From Desulfatiglandales bacterium (lineage in GTDB: Bacteria; Desulfobacterota; DSM-4660; Desulfatiglandales; HGW-15), in NCBI GenBank assembly GCA_963667015.2, contig CAXXJJ010000004.1, positions 1,920,001 to 1,984,000 on the forward strand: a stretch of DNA of 64,000 nt. The letters run 5' to 3'. This document shows positions 1 to 8,077 of the stretch, piece by piece. Every line of letters starts with the position of its first letter. Within the stretch, counting starts at the first letter, position 1. Position numbers and translations under genes: made by a program. Below the pieces are notes generated by a model that saw only the letters and a list, made by a program, of their open reading frames with translations, made no database searches and was not told the DNA's origin.

Positions 1-17
1 TTTTTTATTCAAGATTC

Positions 18-53
18 AAGACGCTGCACAGGTACCTCGGACTGCAGCGTTTT
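18..53. terminator. Hairpin downstream of the large ATPase gene (possible intrinsic terminator)
   Basis: ACGCTGCA (21-28) / TGCAGCGT (43-50) inverted repeat followed by TTT, 8 nt from the stop at 61. Confidence 0.45.
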
Positions 54-60
54 ATTGACA

Positions 61-3000
61 TTAAATGCTATCATAAAGAACTCCTAATATCTTTCGGATT
101 GAATATATTTCCGGCAAAGAAATAGAAGGACCCTCAATACCTTCTGTTCGTAATAAAATCGATTCACCTAATCCGCCTATGGATTCAAACTGACGTATAT
201 AGGGGTAACCTGGTAAAGATTCTCCAATTTTTTTTAAAAAAGATCCCTCACTTGTGGAAATAGCTACAGGAGTTCCTTTCATATTTGCTATTTCATTAAT
301 TTTTAAAAGTTTTCCACCTAAAATAATTTGTCCTGGAAGTGCTAAAGGTATGGCGCTATCTCCTCGCACTTTAAAAACAAGTTGAACATTGTCAGTAATA
401 TCAAAATGATCTAGTAACAATGCCTCATCAGAAGGTCTTGGGAAATGTGGACGATCATCGAACAAAATACCAACAACATTAAGTAATCGTACTTCTTCGG
501 CAGGTAAAAAAATAGTTGGAGGTCGTTTTAATGGAATCTCAGCTTCCGAACCTAAGACGACTATATTCTGGTTAGAATGGCTACGGAATAGACGACGAGC
601 ATAGGTTTTATTCTCATGCATTGCAATGACAAGCATTTTATCAATTATCGGTCTCTCAGATAAATCTACAATCGCACGACAATTTGGGGTTCCAGCAAAC
701 CCAAAATTATGAGTGTTTATATAATATAATGTATGATTTTTAAACCATTTATCAGAAAAATATTCATCGGACTCGGTAACATCGCATATAGGAGTTTCGC
801 TAGTAAAAGCTGCCAAATCTAGGATTACTGGGACATTAAATGATGGAGGTGTGATAGGCTCAGGACAAGCTGGCAATGATGTTAAAGGATCTCTGGGATC
901 ACGCCTCAGCCATCGTTCATATTCTTCATGGGCGTTATCAACTAAAGTCCGTATTCGTACACATTCATCTTTCACTCTCTCAACAGCATTGAACGAAATC
1001 TCACTTTCATTCCCGTGGTGGACCTGATTCATCAAATTAATAAAGTCGCTATTGTTTGACAATGCAGGGTCTAACGTTAGTTTTTTAAAGGCTTTACTAG
1101 CAAAGGCTTCTTGAGGATTTTTTTTCATTCGACTACGTATACCAGAGATTAAATCCGATAGCGTCGGTTTGATTGGTAGACCTGAATTGTGAATATCAAA
1201 AAAATCTAGCAACCGATTTTCAATATAGATTCGGAGATCTTTAATGTAATCACGTGCGGGTTGCGCTTCATTTCGATTTTCAGGACGTTCGAAAGTTTTT
1301 TGTTTAGCTTCTATTGCTTCAATAAATTTACCAAGTACAATATGGTGCCTAGTTGGATTTAATGTATGAATCTGTCTACGATCAATCTTTTCAGCACCGA
1401 TTTTTGCATTACTCGAAGCTATGACTCTCCTTGCAAAAGTAGTGTCATTCGTTGTGATAATTATTTTTGCACCATTTTCAACAATTATAGGAATAGTGTT
1501 TGCAACACGCCTGCGGTTATCTATATCAAAAAGTTCATGCAAATCATCTAGCAATAGAAGTGAAAGACCGCCTCTAACTTCCATCAAATGTTGCCAGAAA
1601 GCGATAAGAAAAGAAAGGAGTGTTGCACGTAAGTCAGAAGAATTACTTATATGTTGCGCAGATACTTTTGTCCCATCGACTTCAGAATTGAAAGCGATAG
1701 TTCCATCCAACTCCACATCAGTATCAACAACTTTGGGTGCATCAGCAAACGCAGGTATATAAAAGTCATCTCTCCATTTTAACGTTCCCGAAATTAATTT
1801 TTTTATTAGAAATGCAACTTGCCTTTCAACTAGATCATCTAGGCTAATGAGTTCTTCAATTGCTTGAGCCGTCCTCTCATAAACCGATATTCTTTTTTCT
1901 TTTTCTCTTCTAATTAAAAGACTGTCTTTCATTGCCTTAATCTTATGGAAGGATTCTCTCAGAGGAGTGATACCTTTTATCATATTATCTAAAGCAACAA
2001 GGCAGTCAGATAGAGAGTGGTGGCCATTAGAAAAATCACTGATTTCTATCTTATCTGCAGGTGTAAGTTTCCCAACAATTTTTATAAATGCTTCCTTGCA
2101 TTTAGCTCCATTTACATGTCTCCACCGGGCGAAAGCTATAGCTCTTATTATTCTTCCAATAGCTTGCTTTAGACCTCCTTTACTATCTTTAAAATAATCC
2201 GGTAGATCAATTTCCTTGGGTTCTTTGAAATTTTGTAAACTTTGAAATTCTATAGCACATAGAGTTTTAGTGAGTTCCTTTAAAGGCATGAGACTTCCTT
2301 GAAAGACCTTGGATTCAAAAAGTTCTTCAGTAATTGCCATTGTAATTAAATCTGTTGGCTTCTCGGGAAGTATTTTTGTCATTTCAGAACGAAGGGCCTC
2401 TGGTAAATTTTGGGAGAGTTTAGCTTTTGTATCTTCTTCCCAGTTCTTTAAGGTTTTTTCAAGGTAACTACTATCAATCTGAAGATTTTCTTGAATATGG
2501 TCTGTGATTAATCTGCCGGTTAGAGTATCTATCTTTTCGTTAATTACACTTTGGCATATAGCGCAAGAGTCAATGTTATGGGTTTGGCTTGGGAGTTCTT
2601 TTATCCAGCCCGCTACCTTTGCATAGAGCCGAAGCCTCGCGGCTACGTCAGGCGTTTTATCAATTTTGATAATTTCTTTAGCTTCTACTACTAACTCTTT
2701 AATGATTGATTCAGCTTTTATAAGATCTTCAGATGTTAGAGCCGCTAGATTCGCTAAACGGTTCGCGCTAGGAAGTCGTTGAAGGTTGCCTATGTCAAGT
2801 AATCCCAATGCTGGGCCAACATTTTCAATAAGATCAGCACTTGCTTTTTTATCCTCATGATTAAAAGAATCCCCTAAAATCAATTTAGCCTCTTCTAATG
2901 CCTTGTTTTGTAGTCTTTCAAAATGTTCATAAAGTTCTTTTAAATCTTTTTCAATTGATTTATCTGAGCTAGGAGATGGTAAAGGCTTTTTAGGAGCTAT

Positions 3001-4032
3001 TTTTGGATGTGCTTTAATAAGCTCATCTAATTCCTTTTGCACTTTTATAAATTCCGAATCAGCTTCACTAATTTCTGTATTACGATCATTGACAAGATCT
3101 TTTTTAAATTTTGTTTGTGACTTTAAAGCATGTTTTGCTAAATCTTTAAGGGGCTTTATACCTGTTAAACCTGCAACCGCTTTTCCTAAATCTGATGCAA
3201 CACCTAATTGTAAATAAGGTATTAAACCAGGCATTTTCGTACCAATCTCGCGAGCAATAGGGTCAAGACCTAGTGAAGAGAAATCTGGTTCATCAATAAC
3301 GATTCTTCCTCTTGCAGTTCTGCTAATAGAGCGTTTTATAGTGCCAACTTCATTACCGTCATCGTCAATAAAAGTAGTTTCAACCCATGTATCGAGGGGT
3401 AAGGGCTCTTTCCCCAAAGATGTCAATATTTCTGCCGAGGGTATTGGAGTAATTGAGGTCATATTATGAGTTACCATGTCGTTGGAATCAGAATCCATAA
3501 TTGGGACTATTTCTAGCTCAACAGGTTTATCAACAAATTCTGGCGCCCTCTGCGATCGATAAACATTGCCAGTAAGGCACCAAGTGATAGCGCTAAGTAA
3601 AGAAGTTTTCCCTGCTCCATTCATCCCCTCAATCATAGTTAATGGTTTTTCGAACTCGAAATAGAAATCTTCAGGAGGTTGATGCAGTTGCCCATATCTG
3701 TGAATACCAGCGAAACGATGAGCTCGGACTGATTTTAAATGTATTTTTTTAGGTAACTCCTTGGACGAATCAGCATAGGTGTTTTCGGGTAACTCAGGCG
3801 GATCTTTTTCTATCTGATCGGCTAAATCCTCTAAGTCTTGCTTCATGACATTCTTTGCCCATTTAGAAGGATTTTTTCTATACCAATCGAAGATCGCTCG
3901 TGCTTCTGATGAATGTAGGCGAAATTCATTCCCGTCGTCATCTATAATGACTGTACGCCCACTTACAAGTTCTTCACAAAGTGTTTTAAGAGTATGTATA
4001 TATAATCGAGTTCCTTGTTCTGAGTTATGCAT
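61..4032 (-). CDS. Rad50/SMC-like (RloC-type) ABC ATPase with zinc hook, HEPN-like domain and tandem C-terminal S24/LexA-like domains; putative defence protein
   Basis: Walker A GMNGAGKTS; coiled coils around CAIC; Walker B LLLLDD; LRIYIENRL...LMNQVHHG; FKVRGDSA...FLKK. Likely start is ATG at 4032 after GGTGGA (ORF open from 4089). Confidence 0.8.
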   Translation of the reverse strand: MHNSEQGTRLYIHTLKTLCEELVSGRTVIIDDDGNEFRLHSSEARAIFDWYRKNPSKWAKNVMKQDLEDLADQIEKDPPELPENTYADSSKELPKKIHLKSVRAHRFAGIHRYGQLHQPPEDFYFEFEKPLTMIEGMNGAGKTSLLSAITWCLTGNVYRSQRAPEFVDKPVELEIVPIMDSDSNDMVTHNMTSITPIPSAEILTSLGKEPLPLDTWVETTFIDDDGNEVGTIKRSISRTARGRIVIDEPDFSSLGLDPIAREIGTKMPGLIPYLQLGVASDLGKAVAGLTGIKPLKDLAKHALKSQTKFKKDLVNDRNTEISEADSEFIKVQKELDELIKAHPKIAPKKPLPSPSSDKSIEKDLKELYEHFERLQNKALEEAKLILGDSFNHEDKKASADLIENVGPALGLLDIGNLQRLPSANRLANLAALTSEDLIKAESIIKELVVEAKEIIKIDKTPDVAARLRLYAKVAGWIKELPSQTHNIDSCAICQSVINEKIDTLTGRLITDHIQENLQIDSSYLEKTLKNWEEDTKAKLSQNLPEALRSEMTKILPEKPTDLITMAITEELFESKVFQGSLMPLKELTKTLCAIEFQSLQNFKEPKEIDLPDYFKDSKGGLKQAIGRIIRAIAFARWRHVNGAKCKEAFIKIVGKLTPADKIEISDFSNGHHSLSDCLVALDNMIKGITPLRESFHKIKAMKDSLLIRREKEKRISVYERTAQAIEELISLDDLVERQVAFLIKKLISGTLKWRDDFYIPAFADAPKVVDTDVELDGTIAFNSEVDGTKVSAQHISNSSDLRATLLSFLIAFWQHLMEVRGGLSLLLLDDLHELFDIDNRRRVANTIPIIVENGAKIIITTNDTTFARRVIASSNAKIGAEKIDRRQIHTLNPTRHHIVLGKFIEAIEAKQKTFERPENRNEAQPARDYIKDLRIYIENRLLDFFDIHNSGLPIKPTLSDLISGIRSRMKKNPQEAFASKAFKKLTLDPALSNNSDFINLMNQVHHGNESEISFNAVERVKDECVRIRTLVDNAHEEYERWLRRDPRDPLTSLPACPEPITPPSFNVPVILDLAAFTSETPICDVTESDEYFSDKWFKNHTLYYINTHNFGFAGTPNCRAIVDLSERPIIDKMLVIAMHENKTYARRLFRSHSNQNIVVLGSEAEIPLKRPPTIFLPAEEVRLLNVVGILFDDRPHFPRPSDEALLLDHFDITDNVQLVFKVRGDSAIPLALPGQIILGGKLLKINEIANMKGTPVAISTSEGSFLKKIGESLPGYPYIRQFESIGGLGESILLRTEGIEGPSISLPEIYSIRKILGVLYDSI

Positions 4033-4171
4033 AATTCCACCCATCGATTTCATTAATAGTAGAAAAACTACACAAGGGTAGACTTTCAATATTGATATAT
4101 TCCGTCCACTCTAAACGCAAAACGAATAATATATTAAAGACAACTGGATTCCTCAATTCCCGAAAATAGCT

Positions 4172-4223
4172 TTGCCCTGTTAAATGCTGGTTCCCAGCCC
4201 ACTTTGTGGATTTAACAGGGTAA
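4172..4223. repeat. Y-shaped (three-way junction) palindromic element
   Basis: Outer arms TTGCCCTGTTAAAT / ATTTAACAGGGTAA enclose two mini-hairpins, GCTGG-ttc-CCAGC and CCAC-ttt-GTGG. Confidence 0.7.
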
Positions 4224-4368
4224 AAATGACGACAAAAATACACTTAGTAATCTTTATATGATGAAGCGTATAGGCGCTTTATTGCGGTAATTTATTATAC
4301 CCGAAAAGATACATGATATTCTTAAAACTTATTTAGGAATTATTCAAGAAGGAAAAGCCGGAGAGCTG

Positions 4369-4484
4369 AAATCAGAGGTCAGGGGAAAAATAGGCTGCCG
4401 TTCCCAATCAACTCTTTTTTCTTGGTCGTCGCCAAGGCTTTGCCGGGCCAGGGAAGCGGTTTAGTCTGAAGGCTGTTAGGAAAA
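4369..4484 (+). repeat. Intergenic direct repeat, copy 1 (copy 2 at 7689-7778)
   Basis: AAATCAGAGGTCAGGGGAAAAATAGGCTGCCG...GCCAGGGAAGCGGTTTAGTCTGAAGGCTGTTAGGAAAA; the 3' block matches copy 2 at 34/38 nt. Confidence 0.7.
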
Positions 4485-4496
4485 GGAAAAGAAAAG

Positions 4497-4524
4497 AGAT
4501 CAGAGATCGGAGATCGGAGGTCAG
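4497..4524 (+). repeat. Short heptamer tandem array AG(A/G)TC(A/G)G
   Basis: AGATCAG AGATCGG AGATCGG AGGTCAG; similar arrays at 7679-7702 and 26056-26085. Confidence 0.6.
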
Positions 4525-4607
4525 TGATTTTTCTCAGATACTCTTCGAAATGACAGAATTAAATAATCAATAAAGTTTACTGAGGGAAAAGATCAGGATG
4601 CTTTTTC

Positions 4608-4796
4608 TCAAGCCACGCTTCTCTTCCCGGCATATTCAAGGGTAACAACCTTTGCACGATCCAGTTTTGCCACATCGAATTTTTCAGCTACAGATGGAAA
4701 TAACTTTTCCATCAGTTCCTGGGAAGGCTCTGTATTTTCATTCAATGCTTCTATTATCTTTGCTTTTTCTTCTTCAGGGAGGTTTGTCTTTGGCAC
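4608..4796 (-). pseudogene. N-terminal remnant, probably of a type III-like site-specific DNA methyltransferase (Mod)
   Basis: GTG start with GGAGA/GAG RBS; 62 aa ending just after LEYAGKRS, which resembles the L-x-(W/Y)-x-G-K motif near Mod N-termini; no catalytic motifs follow. Confidence 0.45.
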
Positions 4797-4874
4797 CTCT
4801 ATATCTCCCGTGATTTAAAATCTTTTATGTTGTTATACCGGCAAAAGCTGCTTTATCAGCGAATTAAACTAATA

Positions 4875-5175
4875 CATTTACTCCGCCATTTATAGTGCCA
4901 TTTACTCCGCCAGTTTTCTAATCGCCATTTATAGTGCCATTTACTCCGCCAATTACATGGTATCCGCCTGTTTTTAAACTGCCCCTGTATTCAATTCTGT
5001 TCGATTCAGTAAGTTCCTTAAGCCTGCGTTGCAGTGTGCGAACAGGGATATCAAGGGTTTCTGAGATCTGTGGTCTGCGCAGACCAGGATTATTTTTGAT
5101 AAATTCCAGCAGGATTTTTACTTCCCAATTTATAGTGCCATTTACTCCGCCATTTATAGTGCCATTTACTCCGCC
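4875..5175. repeat. 12/24-bp minisatellite (CATTTACTCCGC / CATTTATAGTGC) in three blocks
   Basis: Blocks at 4875-4912, 4923-4951 and 5128-5175; encodes GGVNGTIN inside the CDS, and one block lies beyond the stop codon. Confidence 0.85.
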
Positions 5176-6546
5176 GCGCACCCAATCCTTTATAAAATAT
5201 CCACCTGTTTTTGAACTGCCCCTGAATTCTATTCTGTTCTGGTCTCTGAGTTCTCCAAGCCTGCGTTGCATTGTTCGGACAGGGATATCAAAGGCCTTGG
5301 AGATCTGGGCAGTTCGAAGACCGGGGGAATGCCAGATGAATTCCAGCAGGTCGTCTATTTCCTTTTTTTCTACTTCAGTATTATCCATTTTTACAGGGGT
5401 AAGATCCTTTTGTACCTTTTCAATGGCTTCATCCATCCCTTTGCGTCTGAAGGTGATGGAGAACCAGGCACCATCTGTCTCTATAATTGGCGGTTGCAGA
5501 CCATATGCAGCTATTGCATCACGGATACGTTTAATCCCCGAGCCCACCTCCTCAACCAGATCCATCCGTGCCATAAGCGAGAAAAGGAGCAGGTTTCGGG
5601 GGCGACTTACGCGTCCGAGGTCCTTTAACCTGAGCCCGGGGACCAATCCTCCCGGGTTCCATACCTCTACCCTGTCCTGAAATATGTTAACCTGAATATT
5701 GGAAGTGGAACGGTAATCCCTGTGAGCCAGGGCATTAAGCAGAGACTCCCGGAGCGCTCTTTCAGGAAGTTCGGGAATCTCCTCACGTGGACCGCTTTTT
5801 ATTACATACTCTGTATTGAGATGAGACAGGAGGTAGGATGTTGCTGCATTGTAATTTTCGTATATATTGCCATCATAGACAGTGTGATCAAGTATCTTTG
5901 GTTTGGTCTTCCCCTGAAAAAGAGTGCATGACAGGGTTGCCTGCAGGAAAAAATCGGAAATGTTTTTACCGAAAAGAAGAACTCCTGCGTTCATCATGCC
6001 TTCGCCTGAAAGGATATGGAGATTTTTTAAAACATCTTCTCTTTTCAGTCCGCCGGGAATACCTGCAAATTTGACAAAGGATTGATATCTGGCCGGGTCA
6101 AAATCCTTCCGCATATTGAATTTTTTACATGGCTGTTCATCAAAGCGGATAAGTCCTTCCTTAAAAAAGAATTCCCGGATCTGATCTCTTTTCATGCTCT
6201 GGCTGTTTGCTGCTTCGCGGATATAGAAAAGCCCATTGGCTGAATATGGTTTGTTAGGGCCTGAAGGAACTGTTACGATAATTACATTCTGGACAGATCT
6301 GATATCCAGGACAAGTGGAGGATCAATGTTTCTTGCTGTTGATTGTATATCCGAAATGGTTTTATTAGTGTCTCTGACCCCTGTTATTTCGCCCTGATCA
6401 TTAATTCCAACAAGGATATAACCGCCTGCTGCATTTGCAAAGGCGCAGATTTCTCTGGCAATGTGAGAGGGCGAAGATTTAAACTCGATAGTATAACCTT
6501 CCCCGGTACTGATAAGTTTTGCCAGTTCTTTGCTGTCATTAACCAT
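4918..6546 (-). CDS. AlbA_2 (Schlafen-like) / HATPase_c_4 ATP-binding regulator with duplicated C-terminal wHTH
   Basis: GEGYTIEFKS..ICAFANAAGGYILVG; LRESLLNALAHRDY; NPGGL; EEVGSGI; two 79-aa HTH repeats ending RGSxKTGGY. Confidence 0.85.
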   Translation of the reverse strand: MVNDSKELAKLISTGEGYTIEFKSSPSHIAREICAFANAAGGYILVGINDQGEITGVRDTNKTISDIQSTARNIDPPLVLDIRSVQNVIIVTVPSGPNKPYSANGLFYIREAANSQSMKRDQIREFFFKEGLIRFDEQPCKKFNMRKDFDPARYQSFVKFAGIPGGLKREDVLKNLHILSGEGMMNAGVLLFGKNISDFFLQATLSCTLFQGKTKPKILDHTVYDGNIYENYNAATSYLLSHLNTEYVIKSGPREEIPELPERALRESLLNALAHRDYRSTSNIQVNIFQDRVEVWNPGGLVPGLRLKDLGRVSRPRNLLLFSLMARMDLVEEVGSGIKRIRDAIAAYGLQPPIIETDGAWFSITFRRKGMDEAIEKVQKDLTPVKMDNTEVEKKEIDDLLEFIWHSPGLRTAQISKAFDIPVRTMQRRLGELRDQNRIEFRGSSKTGGYFIKDWVRGGVNGTINGGVNGTINWEVKILLEFIKNNPGLRRPQISETLDIPVRTLQRRLKELTESNRIEYRGSLKTGGYHVIGGVNGTINGD

Positions 6547-6548
6547 AA

Positions 6549-7490
6549 TCAGGCAGAAAAGCTCCTCTCAATCAGATGATTCAGGACATCTGTTTTTGAT
6601 TTATATTCTTCCTGGGGCAGCAGTGTAAATTTATTAATCCTTAAAAAACGATACCCATAGCTTTCAAGTTCAAGTTGCCTTGCAATATCATAATCGAGAT
6701 ATTGCTGTGAAAAATTGTGTCCTGTTACGATATCAGGATTTTTAGTATGGTATTCAACACCGTCATATTCCAGTATAAGTGTTTGCTCCTTTCCTCCCGT
6801 TGAGAAGGTCATAAGGAAATCAACACGGTATTTTGGTATCTGCCGGGCGAATTCGGCCTGGAGATATTCACCGATCTTAAACTGGGGGATGATCCGGATA
6901 TTTTCTCTGTTTGATTTCACAAATTCTGTGTTGATCAAAAGAGAGTAGAGATCCTTTTCAGCAGGTGAATCAAATATTGATGGATCTTCTACAAAAAAAT
7001 CACTCTTTTTGGCTTCTTCAAGGATTTGAAAATAATGTTTAAGGGCATCTCCCAGCCTGGTTTTGGCATACTTCTCAATAGGCATGCTATGAACAAAAAC
7101 CATAATATCCTTAGCCCGGCTGAAACCGACATTAAGCCTTTGCATCTTTAAACTTCTGATTGTATCGGCGGCTCCTCCGATTACCGGATAAATACTTCTC
7201 AAGTCGCTGTTTCCATATTTATCATCTTCTACCAGCGAATAATAAACAAGATCCCGCTCCTCACCCTGTACGTCTCCAACAAACCAGATAGACAGGTCAT
7301 GATTTTTTTTAAGTGCCGGGAGGTTCATCTTTTCGTACAGGAGTTGTTCCATCCTGGATTGCTGTTCCCTGAATGATGTAATAATTCCTACAGTACCATT
7401 GAAACCATTTTTAATACGACTATCCAGATCTGTAATAATTGCATCTATTTCATCCAGATTTACGTTTGAGCCCGAAACCGAACCTATCAA
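6549..7490 (-). pseudogene. C-terminal part of an SF1 (DNA2/NAM7-like, AAA_12) helicase fused to a Vsr/DUF559-like endonuclease; N-terminal ATPase half missing
   Basis: GIITSFREQ, VQGEERD, RLNVGFSRAK, then FDSPAE..YRVDF..LEYDGVEYH; no Walker A/B upstream; TTG start. Confidence 0.7.
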
Positions 7491-7688
7491 AAACCTCTTT
7501 TTTATGCCAGTTAATTGCCTCTGGATGAGGTAAAGAATTTATTAATTTTAGATTTAAATAGCAGAGAATTTATTATTTTATGAATAATTTTTTTTAGCAG
7601 AAAATTATTGGTTGGGCAAATAAAAAGACAGGCTGGTAGTCTGCAGGCTGAGGGCCGTTAGGAGAGAAAATTATAAACCAGAGGTCGG

Positions 7689-7778
7689 AAATCAGAAGTC
7701 AGGATAAAAATAGCTGCCGCCTTCGCTGAAGCTTCGTCGTGCCATGGAAGCGCTTTCGGCTGAAGGCTGTTAGGAAAA
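7689..7778 (+). repeat. Intergenic direct repeat, copy 2, containing a REP-like hairpin GCCTTCGCTGAAGCTTCG
   Basis: Aligns with 4369-4484. Confidence 0.7.
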
Positions 7779-7807
7779 AAGATGAACTGCTGAATCTTCC
7801 GCATTAG

Positions 7808-7952
7808 CTAGTTTCCATCCATAAACGGCCCTTTTTGAATGGACGCGGTCAGCTGTCAGCAAAATGCCTTTAAAACGAAGGTTTAGCTGATGGCTGATCG
7901 CTGAATGCTGACAGCTCCATCCGTATTTTTGTTCTTTCTGGATGGGCACTAG
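7808..7952. mobile_element. MITE-like element, ~145 bp
   Basis: Imperfect terminal IRs CTAGTTTCCATCCATAAA / TTTCTGGATGGGCACTAG, CTAG at both ends, internal GCTGA repeats forming a hairpin. Confidence 0.6.
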
Positions 7953-7961
7953 TTAAGACCA

Positions 7962-7976
7962 TGGCAGGATATTTGC
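7962..7976 (+). promoter_or_regulatory. Putative sigma54 -24/-12 promoter upstream of EF-G2
   Basis: TGGCAG-GATAT-TTGC, canonical spacing, ~100 nt before the ATG. Confidence 0.5.
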
Positions 7977-8077
7977 TTCTAAATGAAATGCATCTTGACT
8001 TTTTTACCTGTTGGTGTCATTTATCTTCGGTTTAAAGTAATAAAAAATACTGCCTGAAAATGAAAGGAAACTGATAG

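Noticed and set aside
4290..4350. Possible remnant of a HepT/DUF86 toxin C-terminus (IIPEKIHDILKTYLG)
   Set aside because: Too short, no start or catalytic motif; cannot be supported by eye
4447..4484. GTTAGGA ends of the direct repeats as attC cores
   Set aside because: No matching RYYYAAC inverse core or L boxes at suitable spacing
4875..5175. Repeats as a possible CRISPR array
   Set aside because: Units are tandem 12-mers without unique spacers, mostly in frame within a CDS; no cas genes
4934..5680. 248-aa plus-strand ORF and similar antisense ORFs throughout the track
   Set aside because: Shadows of well-supported genes on the opposite strand; no motifs or RBS
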